A DNA stretch of 49,262 nt, from contig JAISQU010000157.1 in assembly GCA_031274005.1 (NCBI GenBank), positions 1 to 49,262 on the forward strand, written 5' to 3'. Source of the DNA: Spirochaetales bacterium (lineage in GTDB: Bacteria > Spirochaetota > Spirochaetia > DTKZ01). The notes under the pieces were generated by a model. It was not told the origin of the DNA, ran no database searches, and saw only the letters and a list, made by a program, of their open reading frames with translations. The translations under genes and the position numbers were made by a program. This document shows positions 1 to 9,479 of this stretch, in pieces. Every line of letters starts with the position of its first letter. Position 1 is the stretch's first letter.

Positions 1-37
1 TACAATAGCTTTATAGGGCCTCGGTTCTGGCACAATC

Positions 38-76
38 ACGGAATAAGAAAATGCGGCATTTTCTTATTCCGTTTTT
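38..76 (+). terminator. Rho-independent terminator-like hairpin (16-bp perfect stem, 3-nt loop, T-run)
   Basis: ACGGAATAAGAAAATG-CGG-CATTTTCTTATTCCGT followed by TTTT. Probably ends a gene lying upstream of the window. Confidence 0.6.
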
Positions 77-543
77 AGTATCACACGCTTTCGCGTGCGT
101 TTATCGGGGCGTGCTTTGAAGTCTTGTTATCATGAACACGCTTCGCGTGCTCTTGCTTGCATGGCGTCGAGCGCCGGAATGACGGCTGGTTCGGGGTTAT
201 AGTAAAAACTTGTCCTTAAACATGTATTCACATATACGATGCTGTGTCTGTAATAGTTAAGCGCAGAAAAAAGGGGGCCAAGTAATCCGGCCATTCACCC
301 GGATTACACAGGGTCAACACAAGGTTGCCCTACAGGTAGATGTTGGCTACTCTCTCAGCATAGCATATCCTGCAAAAAAAAAGCAATACGTACAGGGCAT
401 CGGCGTTTACCTTTGCTTTATGGAATTAAATTGCGCGAAGTGCAAAAGACCGCTATAGATGACTCGAAAAAAGTAAACGCCGATGCCCTGAATACGTATG
501 TACGGGGGGAAATTGAGAATAGTTATCAGGGAGGCGCGGGAAG

Positions 544-1983
544 TTGAAGAAGGGCGTGTTTTCGGAGTATATTCTTCCCATGATGATACACAAAAGAACC
601 CCCGCTGCCATTCTTCTGCTCCTCTGCGCGGCGGGACTGAGCCTTGGCGTATCCGGCTGCGCGAGCCAGGCCGAAAGTTCCGAGGGCAGTATAGAAAAAC
701 CGCTTCCCGAGGAAGATGAACTCTATTCAGGGGTTGCGTATTCCCTGTCCATGGGAGACCCGGAACAGGCCATCCGCGCCCTTGAGGAGGCGCAGAAGCG
801 CGATCCTGATTCCCTTGAAGCAAAACAGCTTCTGGCGGATGTTTTTCTGCTGGTACAGCAGTTTGATGAAGCGCGGGCTCAGCTTGAGGAGATTCTGCGC
901 AAAGACCCGGACAATCAGAAAGCCTTGTACTCCCTGTCTCTTATTGAATCGGCTGCGGGTAAAACAAACGAACAGAAAAAAATCCTTGACCGTCTTCTTA
1001 AAATCAATCCGCAGAACGACAGCGCCCAGGCCGCCATGGGAGAAATTTTTCTGCGCGAAAAAAAATACGCCGACGCGGAAAAAATCTTTACCCAAAGCCT
1101 TGATAAAAATCCGGACAATCTTGTTGCCCTCATAGGACTGGGCAATACTCAACTGCGCCAGGGTAAAGCGGAGGAGGCGGCAACAACCCTGACGCAGGCC
1201 ATAGAACGGCAGCCTGACTATCCTTTTGCTTATACCGACCGCAGCAAGGCCCATGTGGGTAAGGGCGATCTGGAGGAAGCCGAAGCGGACCTGACAAAGG
1301 CCATCGGCCTGATTCCCGATTTTGCGTGGAATTATTATGATAGGGGCAAACTGCGGGCTAACAGCGGCAGCACTGCCGCGGCTCTGGAAGACCTGAACAA
1401 GGCCCTGGAGATGGATCCCGGAATCAGCCTTGCCTACTTTTACAGGGCCCGCATCTACGACGGCATGGAAAATATCGAAGCGGCCTATGCGGACTACAGA
1501 AAGGCTCAGAGTATGAATCCCCAATATCCTTACCTTAATCTGCCTCTGGCGATTCTGGAGTACAAAAAAGAAAACTGGACTCAGGCCGCCGCCTGCTTTA
1601 TCAGGGCGGCCGAAATAGAAAAAGATGAACATGCGTATCACCTTCTCGCGGCCCTGTGTTATAAAAAAGCGGGAAACGAAAAACAGGCCTTTGACTATCT
1701 GGGGAAAGTTCTGGGCCGCCTGCCCCGCGAGTCCCTTTTTTACCACATGGCGAGGTACTATATGCAGCCGTCTTCCGATCTTTTTATCATGCAGCAGGTA
1801 ACGGTCGAAAAAAACAAAATACTGAGGGCCCGTATGTTGTTTTACATAGCCGCGCAGTATACACTGCAAAACAGAATCCCCCCGGCAATGAAGTATTTTA
1901 TGGAAGCTGCCGGCGAGGAAACACGGGGGTACATTGAAAACAGAATCGCGGAGTGGGATTTGAAAAAAATCGGGGGAAAATAA
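544..1983 (+). CDS. TPR-repeat lipoprotein
   Basis: 479-aa ORF. It has a hydrophobic signal peptide ending in the lipobox LGVSG-C, and the body consists of repeated ~34-aa TPR-like units (A/Y/L/P-N-P spacing, e.g. KDPDNQKALYSL, KNPDNLVALIGLG, MDPGISLAYFY). TTG start is preceded by GGGAGG; an alternative ATG lies at 580. Confidence 0.8.
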   Translation: MKKGVFSEYILPMMIHKRTPAAILLLLCAAGLSLGVSGCASQAESSEGSIEKPLPEEDELYSGVAYSLSMGDPEQAIRALEEAQKRDPDSLEAKQLLADVFLLVQQFDEARAQLEEILRKDPDNQKALYSLSLIESAAGKTNEQKKILDRLLKINPQNDSAQAAMGEIFLREKKYADAEKIFTQSLDKNPDNLVALIGLGNTQLRQGKAEEAATTLTQAIERQPDYPFAYTDRSKAHVGKGDLEEAEADLTKAIGLIPDFAWNYYDRGKLRANSGSTAAALEDLNKALEMDPGISLAYFYRARIYDGMENIEAAYADYRKAQSMNPQYPYLNLPLAILEYKKENWTQAAACFIRAAEIEKDEHAYHLLAALCYKKAGNEKQAFDYLGKVLGRLPRESLFYHMARYYMQPSSDLFIMQQVTVEKNKILRARMLFYIAAQYTLQNRIPPAMKYFMEAAGEETRGYIENRIAEWDLKKIGGK

Positions 1984-1993
1984 CCAAAAGGGA

Positions 1994-3010
1994 ATGCGGA
2001 CAAAGTGTTTTCAGGATCTGATGCGGGTGCTGGACAGGGAAAAACCTGTCATTATTCAGGCTCATGATTATCCCGATCATGACGCGATTGGTTCGGGCTT
2101 TTCCCTGCTGAGCCTCCTTCGGGATTTTGGCTTCCGCTGTGAGTTCTGCTACGGCGGGGAAGTGCAGGGTTTCAGCGTCGCGGACATCATTACAAACCTG
2201 CATATACCCCTTGTTCCGGCATCTTTGCTGCGCATAGGCGGGGACGCGCAGATCATTCTGGTAGACGCCGTGGCCGGCAACACAAATGTTACCCGTCTGA
2301 CGGATTTACCCCTGACAGGGATTATCGACCACCACCAGCCGCCCGAAAAAATTCCCGAATGTCCTTTTGTCGACATCAGGCCCGAGGCCGGTTCCTGCTC
2401 GACCATCATCTATCAGTATTACCTCGAAACCATGACCGAGCCGTCCCGCGATGTAGCTACGGCCCTGCTCACCGGCCTGATGATGGATACGGCGCAGATG
2501 ACCAGGGGCGTAGGACCTGTTGACCTTGCGGCTTTTTCCGGTTTATTTTTCAAAGGCGATTGGGAAGGAGCGGTGTACATTCTGCGCAACAGTTTTTCCA
2601 TTCAGGATATTCCGACCCTTCGTTACGCCTTTGATCATTACTACCGCCACGACAGCGTATGTTTCGTGGAACTGGAGCCTTCCGCCGGGACCGCCGAAGC
2701 CCCCGCGGAAAAGGTGCGGCCGGAACTGCCGGGGCTTATCTCGGACTATTTTCTGCGCATGCAGGAGATTCATTTTGTCGTTACCAGCAAGGTGGAAAGT
2801 TCCGTATGCAGATTATCCCTGCGCAGTGAGGATCCGCGGCTGCCGGCGGATTTGATTGTAAAGCGGGCGCTGGAGGGTATAGGGGAGGGGGGAGGGCATC
2901 CCCACATGAGCGGGGGAACGATTTCCGGGGACAGCATTCCCGGCGGCCCGGGGCTGCGGGAAAGGTTTCTTACTGTTATCGAAAAATTTTTACACGAAAA
3001 TAAGGAATAG
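1994..3010 (+). CDS. DHH/DHHA1-family phosphoesterase (NrnA-like)
   Basis: 338 aa. Carries the motifs AHDYPDHDAIGS (DHD), LVDAV, IIDHHQP (DHH) and C-terminal EGGGHPHMSGG (GGGH of DHHA1). Confidence 0.8.
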   Translation: MRTKCFQDLMRVLDREKPVIIQAHDYPDHDAIGSGFSLLSLLRDFGFRCEFCYGGEVQGFSVADIITNLHIPLVPASLLRIGGDAQIILVDAVAGNTNVTRLTDLPLTGIIDHHQPPEKIPECPFVDIRPEAGSCSTIIYQYYLETMTEPSRDVATALLTGLMMDTAQMTRGVGPVDLAAFSGLFFKGDWEGAVYILRNSFSIQDIPTLRYAFDHYYRHDSVCFVELEPSAGTAEAPAEKVRPELPGLISDYFLRMQEIHFVVTSKVESSVCRLSLRSEDPRLPADLIVKRALEGIGEGGGHPHMSGGTISGDSIPGGPGLRERFLTVIEKFLHENKE

Positions 3011-3012
3011 CC

Positions 3013-4191
3013 ATGAATAAAAACATAACCCGGCTTGACCTGGGCGGCAGAGAATTTATCCTTGTGGGAACAGCCCATGTATCACGGGAAAGCGTGAATG
3101 AAGTTGAGCGCATCATTACGGAAGAAAAACCCGGCAGGGTGTGTGTGGAAATCGACAACTCCCGCTACACATCCATAACGCAGAAACAGGACTGGTCGTC
3201 ACTCAACATTTACCAGGTCATGAAACAGAAAAAAGGATTTCTGCTGCTGGGGAACCTGGTTCTGGCTTCGTTCCAGCGGCGGCTCGGCATAGACCTGGGG
3301 GTCAAGCCCGGCGAAGAGATGATGAAGGCAATAGAAACTGCGCAAAAGCTGGGGATTCCTTTTTCATTTTCCGACAGGGAAATACAGATAACCCTCAGAC
3401 GGGCCTGGGCGAAAACCGGCTTGTGGGGAAAGAGCAAACTCCTGACAGCCATGCTCTCGTCGGTGTTTTCTACGGAAAAACTCTCCTCCGAAGAAATAGA
3501 AAAACTGAAAAAAAAGAGCGAAATTGAAGGCATGATGGACGAGCTTGCGGAGTATCTGCCTTCCGTCAAGAAAGTGCTTATAGACGAAAGGGATTCCTTT
3601 CTTGCGGCAAACATATACAAAAGCGAAGAGAACAGGGTCCTGGCCGTTGCCGGCGCGGGACATATACCGGGCATTATCAAACATCTTACGGCAATGTACG
3701 AAACCGGCGCTGTCATTGATACGGCGGAGATTGCCGAAGTTCCCAAAAGCGGGTTGTTTTCAAAAGTCCTGGGATGGCTTATTCCCGCCGCAGTTGTGGC
3801 GCTTATCGCCTGGGGATTTTTCAGCGCCGGCCAGGGGCATGGAATACAGATGCTGTGGATATGGCTTGCCGCAAACGGCGGACTTGCCGCCCTTGGTTCC
3901 CTGATTGCGCTGGCCCACCCTGTAACAATACTGGCGTCCTTTGTAGCCGCCCCGATAGCTACGCTGAGTCCCGTGATAGGCGTGGGGATGTTGACCGGAC
4001 TCCTTGAGGCCTATCTGCGCAAACCGAGGGTGGAAGATTTTGAAAAACTCCACGACGACATTGCAAGCGTTAAAGGTTTTTTCCGTAACCGTTTTACCCA
4101 TGTGCTTTTGGTGTTTCTGTTCTCCAGCCTCGGAGGCATGGCAGGGAACTTTATCGCCCTGCCCTATCTTACGCTTATGGCGGGAAAGTAA
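3013..4191 (+). CDS. TraB/GumN-family protein
   Basis: 392 aa. N-terminal ILVGTAHVSRESV motif and GAGHIPGI motif, with a C-terminal block of hydrophobic TM helices typical of the TraB/PrgY family. The start follows the previous stop by 2 nt. Confidence 0.75.
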   Translation: MNKNITRLDLGGREFILVGTAHVSRESVNEVERIITEEKPGRVCVEIDNSRYTSITQKQDWSSLNIYQVMKQKKGFLLLGNLVLASFQRRLGIDLGVKPGEEMMKAIETAQKLGIPFSFSDREIQITLRRAWAKTGLWGKSKLLTAMLSSVFSTEKLSSEEIEKLKKKSEIEGMMDELAEYLPSVKKVLIDERDSFLAANIYKSEENRVLAVAGAGHIPGIIKHLTAMYETGAVIDTAEIAEVPKSGLFSKVLGWLIPAAVVALIAWGFFSAGQGHGIQMLWIWLAANGGLAALGSLIALAHPVTILASFVAAPIATLSPVIGVGMLTGLLEAYLRKPRVEDFEKLHDDIASVKGFFRNRFTHVLLVFLFSSLGGMAGNFIALPYLTLMAGK

Positions 4192-4193
4192 TC

Positions 4194-5840
4194 ATGAACT
4201 TTGACCCCTGTTATTTCCCTTATCCCTCGCGGCGGCAGCTTATGTACGCGGCAAAAGCGGTTGTGGCCGCTTCGCAGCCCCTGGCGGCCCAGGCCGGCCT
4301 TGATGTGATGAAACGGGGGGGCAACGCCATGGACGCGGCCGTTGCCTGCGCGGCGGCGCTGACTGTGCTGGAGCCGGTCAGTAACGGGCTTGGCGGCGAC
4401 GCCTTTGTCATCCTGTGGTCGGAAAAAGAAAAGCGCCTCCGGGGCCTGAACGCCTCAGGAACAGCCCCCGCCCTGATGACCGAAGAGGCCATACGCAGCA
4501 AAGGATTCACCGACATGCCCCGCTTCGGCCTTGTCCCCGTTACCGTACCGGGAATTCCTTCCGCCTGGGCGGCCGTGTCGAAAGAATACGGAAATCTGCC
4601 CTTCGCGGAAGTTTTGGAGGGGGCTGCGAAAATCGCGGAAGAGGGTTTTCCTGTAATGCCCGTAACCGCGCTCCTGTGGGCTCAGGCAAAAGAGGTATAT
4701 CAAAAAGAGCAAAAGGCCGCCGCCGGCAGGGGAGACGACAGGGAAGCCGCAGCCTTTGAAGGCTGGTTCACGGTATACGCTCTGGGCGGGAAAACCCCGG
4801 AAGCGGGAGAACTGCGCCGCTTTCCTGCCCAGGCGCGGACCTTGCGCAAAATAGGCGAAACGCGGGCCGAATCTTTCTACAGGGGAGAACTCGCCGAAGG
4901 CATTGACGCCTTCATGAAAAAACACGGCGGCCTGCTCCGTAAAGAAGACCTTGCTTCTTTTCAGCCGGAATGGACGCCGCCCATTTCCGTCAATTACCGG
5001 GGCTATGATATTTGGGAGATTCCTCCCAACGGTCAGGGCCTTGTGGCAATCCTGGGCCTGAACATTCTGGAAAACTTCAGTTTTCCCTTTGGCAGGGATC
5101 ATCCGGATACCTGCCACAAGCAGATTGAGGCTTTGAAGCTGGCCTTTGCCGACGGCCACCGGTACATAGGCGATTCCCGTTTTGTACCTCAAAACACGGA
5201 CGGCCTTCTTTCAAAAGAGTACGCCGCGGGCCGCGCCGCCCTTATAGGTGAAACAGCTTCGCGGCCCGGGCCGGGAAAGCCCGCCGGTTCGGAAACAGTG
5301 TATTTCTGCACCGCCGACGCCGAAGGGAATATGGTTTCCTGGATACAAAGCAATTACGCGGGTTTCGGTTCCGGCATAGTCATCCCCGAAAGCGGCGTCA
5401 GTTTTCAGAACCGCGGCCACGGCTTTACTCTGGACAAAGACTCCGTCAAATATCTGAGGCCGGGAAAGCGGCCTTTCCATACGATTATTCCGGGCTTCAT
5501 TACCCGCGCGGGCCGGCCCGTCGGACCTTTCGGCATTATGGGCGCGGCCATGCAGCCCCAGGCTCATATGCAGGTTGTCAGCAATCTTGTTGATTTTCAT
5601 CTGAACCCCCAGGCGGCGCTGGACGCTTACCGCTGGCAGTGGCTGGAGGGCAGCCGCGTCCTTCTTGAGCCGGACTTTCCGCCGCACATAGCCGCCGCGC
5701 TGCGGAAACGGGGGCACGAAATTTTCTGCGACAGTAATGATTTGACTTTCGGCAGGGGGCAGATCATTCACAGGCTCCCCGGCGGAGTCTACGCCGCAGG
5801 CGCCGAAAAAAGAGCCGACTCCTATATTGCGGTTTGGTAA
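4194..5840 (+). CDS. ggt: Gamma-glutamyltransferase family protein (no obvious signal peptide)
   Basis: 548 aa. Ntn-hydrolase region GSETVYFCTADAEGNMVSWIQSNY (nucleophile Thr context), plus GFTLD, RPFHTIIP and GIMGAAMQPQAHMQV motifs characteristic of GGT. Confidence 0.85.
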   Translation: MNFDPCYFPYPSRRQLMYAAKAVVAASQPLAAQAGLDVMKRGGNAMDAAVACAAALTVLEPVSNGLGGDAFVILWSEKEKRLRGLNASGTAPALMTEEAIRSKGFTDMPRFGLVPVTVPGIPSAWAAVSKEYGNLPFAEVLEGAAKIAEEGFPVMPVTALLWAQAKEVYQKEQKAAAGRGDDREAAAFEGWFTVYALGGKTPEAGELRRFPAQARTLRKIGETRAESFYRGELAEGIDAFMKKHGGLLRKEDLASFQPEWTPPISVNYRGYDIWEIPPNGQGLVAILGLNILENFSFPFGRDHPDTCHKQIEALKLAFADGHRYIGDSRFVPQNTDGLLSKEYAAGRAALIGETASRPGPGKPAGSETVYFCTADAEGNMVSWIQSNYAGFGSGIVIPESGVSFQNRGHGFTLDKDSVKYLRPGKRPFHTIIPGFITRAGRPVGPFGIMGAAMQPQAHMQVVSNLVDFHLNPQAALDAYRWQWLEGSRVLLEPDFPPHIAAALRKRGHEIFCDSNDLTFGRGQIIHRLPGGVYAAGAEKRADSYIAVW

Positions 5841-5935
5841 AACCTGAGTCTAAAAACGCAGATATGCGTAATTCGACCAAAACAATAGACTTGCGAGGAA
5901 CCCAAGCGGGTTTCCGAACAACTCCAATAAACCAA

Positions 5936-5972
5936 TTGACAATGCATATAATATCCATTACATTGTATGCAT
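5936..5972 (+). promoter_or_regulatory. Candidate sigma-70 promoter plus palindromic operator for vapBC
   Basis: TTGACA (5936-5941), 17 nt, then TACATT (5959-5964). The inverted repeat ATGCATA (5942-5948) / TATGCAT (5966-5972) brackets the -10. AAGGAG lies 8 nt before the ATG. Confidence 0.45.
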
Positions 5973-5986
5973 AAGGAGTCATAATA

Positions 5987-6181
5987 ATGAGAACTACTCT
6001 AAATTTGGATGAAAAATTATTAGTTGAGGCAATGAAATGGACAGGAGAATCCACAAAAACAGCGGTTATAAATGAGGCGTTAAAACAGATAATACAAAAC
6101 AGAAAACGTCTCAGACTTATCGAAATGGCAGGAAAAGTTAAATTGGATGCGGATATTAATGTAACGAGAAATAGGATATGA
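5987..6181 (+). CDS. vapB: Type II antitoxin, VapB-like (DUF2191/RHH type)
   Basis: 64 aa. N-terminus MRTTLNLDEKLLxEAMKxTGxxTKTAVINEAL is typical of VapB antitoxins. It overlaps the PIN gene by ATGA (6178-6181). Confidence 0.8.
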   Translation: MRTTLNLDEKLLVEAMKWTGESTKTAVINEALKQIIQNRKRLRLIEMAGKVKLDADINVTRNRI

Positions 6182-6561
6182 ATTACATTATCGATAGCTG
6201 TGTTTGGATAGATTATTTTAAAAAAAAGATTAACTTTAAGGAAATCTCCCAACTATTGATTGATAATACGGCATTAACAAATAAAATTGTGTTAGCTGAA
6301 TTAATCCCATCGGCCCGATCAAATAAAGAATATGATTTTATTGATTGCCTTTCAGGAATAGATGTTGTACCGCTTAATATAGACTGGAGTGAAATAATTG
6401 AAATTCAATATCAATGTATAAGGGCAGGAATTAATAAATTGGGATTATTGGATATAGCAATTGCACAAAATGCAAAACAAAATGATGTAGCAATATTTTC
6501 TACAGACAGGCATATGATATTATTAAGTCAAAAGGTGGGAATTAACTGTAGAATAAAATAG
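6178..6561 (+). CDS. vapC: PIN-domain ribonuclease toxin VapC
   Basis: 127 aa. PIN acidic residues occur in the expected contexts (IIDSCVWID, LAELI, LDIAIAQNA, STDRH). It is translationally coupled to vapB. Confidence 0.85.
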   Translation: MNYIIDSCVWIDYFKKKINFKEISQLLIDNTALTNKIVLAELIPSARSNKEYDFIDCLSGIDVVPLNIDWSEIIEIQYQCIRAGINKLGLLDIAIAQNAKQNDVAIFSTDRHMILLSQKVGINCRIK

Positions 6562-6658
6562 TCGAACTGCGCAATGAAAACACGGTTATGCGGCAGTGGT
6601 TTTGAAGAATGATATAAATAAATGAGAATTGGCCCATGTCCTTTTCCAATTCAGGGTA

Positions 6659-7519
6659 TTATCCTAGCGCGTTTCGGGAAAGCTGATCGAAAAGCCTGAA
6701 CAGGGACGGGCTTGTTTCCCTTACATATCTGTAAGCCAGATAATTTTGCTTCACCGCCGCAAGGCACAGATCCCGCGTCTTTTCCCGTACAAATTCGAGG
6801 GCAAGGCCATCCTGCTTTACCGCCGCGCGGCAGATTTTTAAAGACTGGTTGTGTACAAAACGCAGGGCCCTGCCCTTGTTTTCTACCGCGGCAAGGCATA
6901 TCTTCTCCGTTTGCTTTTGAACAAACTCAAGGGCGTCCCCGTCGGCCTGTACCGCCGCGAGAGACTCTTTGAGGCTCCGCTTCTCCGCGGCGTCCCTGTC
7001 ATCCGGCTGCGGAGCAGCCCCGACCGGTTCCCCTGAGGGCGGCGCGGCCCCGCCTGTCTCGTCTTCGCGCAAAAGCCAGTGCCCCTGCAGCGCATATATC
7101 CAGGCCAGCCGGGCGCAGCAGGCCTCGCCGGTATCATACTTCCATCTGCCGCTTATCCTCATGCGGCCGTTTTTGGCTTCAAAAGCGGCGCAGGACCAGG
7201 CCCCGTCTGCGCTTACGCGCTGGACAATAAAGAAGCTCAGACGGGGAAAAGCCTTTGCCAAAACAGGATAAAATGTTTCGGGATTGATCTTTGATTTTTC
7301 ACCCCGGATGGAATTGAGATGAGCGTCAATATCGATAACGGAATCCGCGGAAACAAAAGCGCCGGGATCCTTCCCGGTATGGGGCGAGAACTTCCGAAGA
7401 ATAAACTGCCTTTCCTCTGTGTTGCCTTCTTTGGGCCGGCTTACGGCGAGCCACATTTCCCGCATATCGCCGGGATTTCCCTTGCAGGCAATATCTATAT
7501 CATACATCAGCGCGGCCAT
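6659..7519 (-). CDS. DUF4116-type repeat protein, short paralog
   Basis: 286 aa. The C-terminal half has about 4 units of the motif (K/Q)TxxxCLAAVxQ(D/N)GxAL(E/R)(F/Y)V. The N-terminus (MAALMYDIDIACKGNPGDMREMWLAVSRP) is paralogous to the N-terminus of the next gene. Confidence 0.7.
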   Translation of the reverse strand: MAALMYDIDIACKGNPGDMREMWLAVSRPKEGNTEERQFILRKFSPHTGKDPGAFVSADSVIDIDAHLNSIRGEKSKINPETFYPVLAKAFPRLSFFIVQRVSADGAWSCAAFEAKNGRMRISGRWKYDTGEACCARLAWIYALQGHWLLREDETGGAAPPSGEPVGAAPQPDDRDAAEKRSLKESLAAVQADGDALEFVQKQTEKICLAAVENKGRALRFVHNQSLKICRAAVKQDGLALEFVREKTRDLCLAAVKQNYLAYRYVRETSPSLFRLFDQLSRNALG

Positions 7520-7534
7520 TGGCTTCCTGCTCCT

Positions 7535-9400
7535 TTACCTGCGGCATGAGAATCTTTTTATGAAGCGCTTTGCGGCCTCATTTTGGGCCGTTGCGGCGGC
7601 GATAATTTCTTCGGTCTGCCTCTGTACGTGCGCAAGGGCAAGACCGTCCTGCTGTACCGCGAGAAGACAAATTCTTGGCGTCTTTTTCTCCACATATTCC
7701 AGGGCCCGGCCGCTCTGGCGCACCGCAGCAAGGCAAATTTTCCGCGTTTTATCCCTGACATATTTCAGCGCGTACCCGTTTTGCCTCACAGCGGCCAGGC
7801 AGATTTGGGGAGTCTGCTCCCGCACATATTCCAGCGCCCAGCCGTCCTTGCGGACCGCGGCAAGGCACATCTGCCTATATTTCTCCGCCGGGCACAAGCG
7901 CCGGTTCACATACTCCAGGGCCCGCCCGGTTTTTTTGACCGCAATCAGGCAGAGCTGCGGATTCTGATCCTTCACAAACTCCAAAGCGCGTCCATCCTGT
8001 TTTACCGCGGCAAGGCACAACTGCGCTGTGCGCGCCTTTTTCCCGATAAACTCCAGGGCCCGCCCATCCTGCCTGAGCGCGGCCATGCAGATTTCCGGCG
8101 TCTTGTCTTCAACATATTCCAAAGCCCGGCCGTTCTGACGTACCGCGGCCATACACAGTTTCGGCGTCCTGTTTTCGACATACTCCAGCGCCTGACCCCG
8201 TGAGCGTACCGCCGCCATACACAATTTTTGGGTTTTCTTTTCGACATATTGCAGCGCGTATCCGTTCTGCTTTACCGCGGCAAGGCACAGCAGGGCATAG
8301 CGCGCGGCGGTAAAAAGATTTTTATCCGTGTATTTCAGGGCAAGGCCGTTCTGCTCCACGGCGGCAAAACAGAGCTCTTCTGTCTGCCTGTGCGCGTACA
8401 TCAGGGAGCTTCCGTTTTGCTGCGCCGCGGCCAGACAAATTTCGGGAGTCTGGTTTTCCACATACCTCAGGGCATTGCCGTCCTGGCGCACCGCCGTAAG
8501 GCACAGTTCTTCGGTCTTGTCCCGAATAAGCCGGAAAATTTCCACAGTCCGGTTATCATCCCCGCTCACCGCGCCGCGCAGGGCGGCAAGACAAAGCCCG
8601 GCAGTCTGCTCCCTGACCAGGCCAAAACACCCCGCGTCCTTCTGAATCGCCGCAAGGCAAAGCGCTTCGGTTTGATTTTTGACGAGAGCCAGCGCCCTGG
8701 GATTGATCTCTATGGCCGCGCGCAGAAGGTCCTCCGCGGGATTATCGACAAACTGAATCGAGAAAGGGTTTCCCAGAACCGCGATTCTGCAGAAGCCTCC
8801 GGACTTGTTCAGAATATTCTTCAAAAGATAACCGTTTCTGAAGAGCTTTGCCTTAAGCAACAGTCCGTGGTTTTGATGTTCCGGCGTCAACCGTAAGGCC
8901 CTGTTCGAAATCTTTCTCACAAAAGCCCGCTGCGCCGCCGCCCATTCCGCCCTGAGGCGGGCGTTCCAGCCGAACATGTCTTCTTCGGAGTTTCTGGTAA
9001 ACTCACGGCTTGACTCGGCCTCGACGAATCCTCCGCTGCCCTGAACAAAACCCGCCCTGTCATAGTCGTCATAACACGCATACGTGATAAAAAAATTGAT
9101 ATGGGGAAAGTTCAGAATCAAGGCCCTGTAAACAGGAAGAGGTTCCGACTCCAAAGTATCAAAAGACACAAACATTTTGGCGGCGTTCACAGCTTGTTCG
9201 TGAATCGCGTTTGAGCAGCAGCCCCAATTGTCCCTTTGCCATTTCCTGTCTGTTTCCTTCCCCCGCGGGACAGGAAGGAGCAGGCCAAAATCAACCGATA
9301 AACCCTTTGCCCCGGCGTTTTCGCGGGAAACAGAAAGCCACATCCGTCTGATGTCATCTTCGTTCCCCCGGCAGTGTATTTCGGTGTTCACATGCGCCAT
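7535..9400 (-). CDS. DUF4116-type repeat protein, long paralog (about 16 repeats)
   Basis: 621 aa. The ~200-aa N-terminal domain (MAHVNTEIHCRGNEDDIRRMWLSVSRE..., WQRDNWGCCSNAIHE) recalls DUF1281/Api92-like ferredoxin-fold domains from memory. It is followed by about 16 tandem 22-30-aa units such as TPxxCLAAVRQNGRALEYV. Confidence 0.75.
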   Translation of the reverse strand: MAHVNTEIHCRGNEDDIRRMWLSVSRENAGAKGLSVDFGLLLPVPRGKETDRKWQRDNWGCCSNAIHEQAVNAAKMFVSFDTLESEPLPVYRALILNFPHINFFITYACYDDYDRAGFVQGSGGFVEAESSREFTRNSEEDMFGWNARLRAEWAAAQRAFVRKISNRALRLTPEHQNHGLLLKAKLFRNGYLLKNILNKSGGFCRIAVLGNPFSIQFVDNPAEDLLRAAIEINPRALALVKNQTEALCLAAIQKDAGCFGLVREQTAGLCLAALRGAVSGDDNRTVEIFRLIRDKTEELCLTAVRQDGNALRYVENQTPEICLAAAQQNGSSLMYAHRQTEELCFAAVEQNGLALKYTDKNLFTAARYALLCLAAVKQNGYALQYVEKKTQKLCMAAVRSRGQALEYVENRTPKLCMAAVRQNGRALEYVEDKTPEICMAALRQDGRALEFIGKKARTAQLCLAAVKQDGRALEFVKDQNPQLCLIAVKKTGRALEYVNRRLCPAEKYRQMCLAAVRKDGWALEYVREQTPQICLAAVRQNGYALKYVRDKTRKICLAAVRQSGRALEYVEKKTPRICLLAVQQDGLALAHVQRQTEEIIAAATAQNEAAKRFIKRFSCRR

Positions 9401-9479
9401 ATTTTATAGTATATACAACGAAATCATATTTGGAAACCGGGAGGGCGGGAAATAGCCGGAATAGTTGGGAGGAATTTTT

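Noticed and set aside
727-1869. 380-aa antisense ORF inside the TPR lipoprotein gene, with similar long antisense ORFs at 17272..18183, 21014..22177, 23041..23844 and 40998..42284
   Set aside because: In each case the opposite strand encodes a protein with clear family motifs (TPR, ArgH, FtsX permease, HlyD adaptor, histidine kinase/PutP). Long antisense ORFs are expected in GC-rich DNA.
7419-8896. Long plus-strand ORFs (7419..7967, 7583..8203, 8228..8896) opposite the 621-aa repeat protein
   Set aside because: They are open only because the underlying DNA is a regular GC-rich tandem repeat. Their products are low-complexity (Arg/Pro/Ala-rich) with no start context, whereas the minus-strand frame gives a coherent repeat protein.
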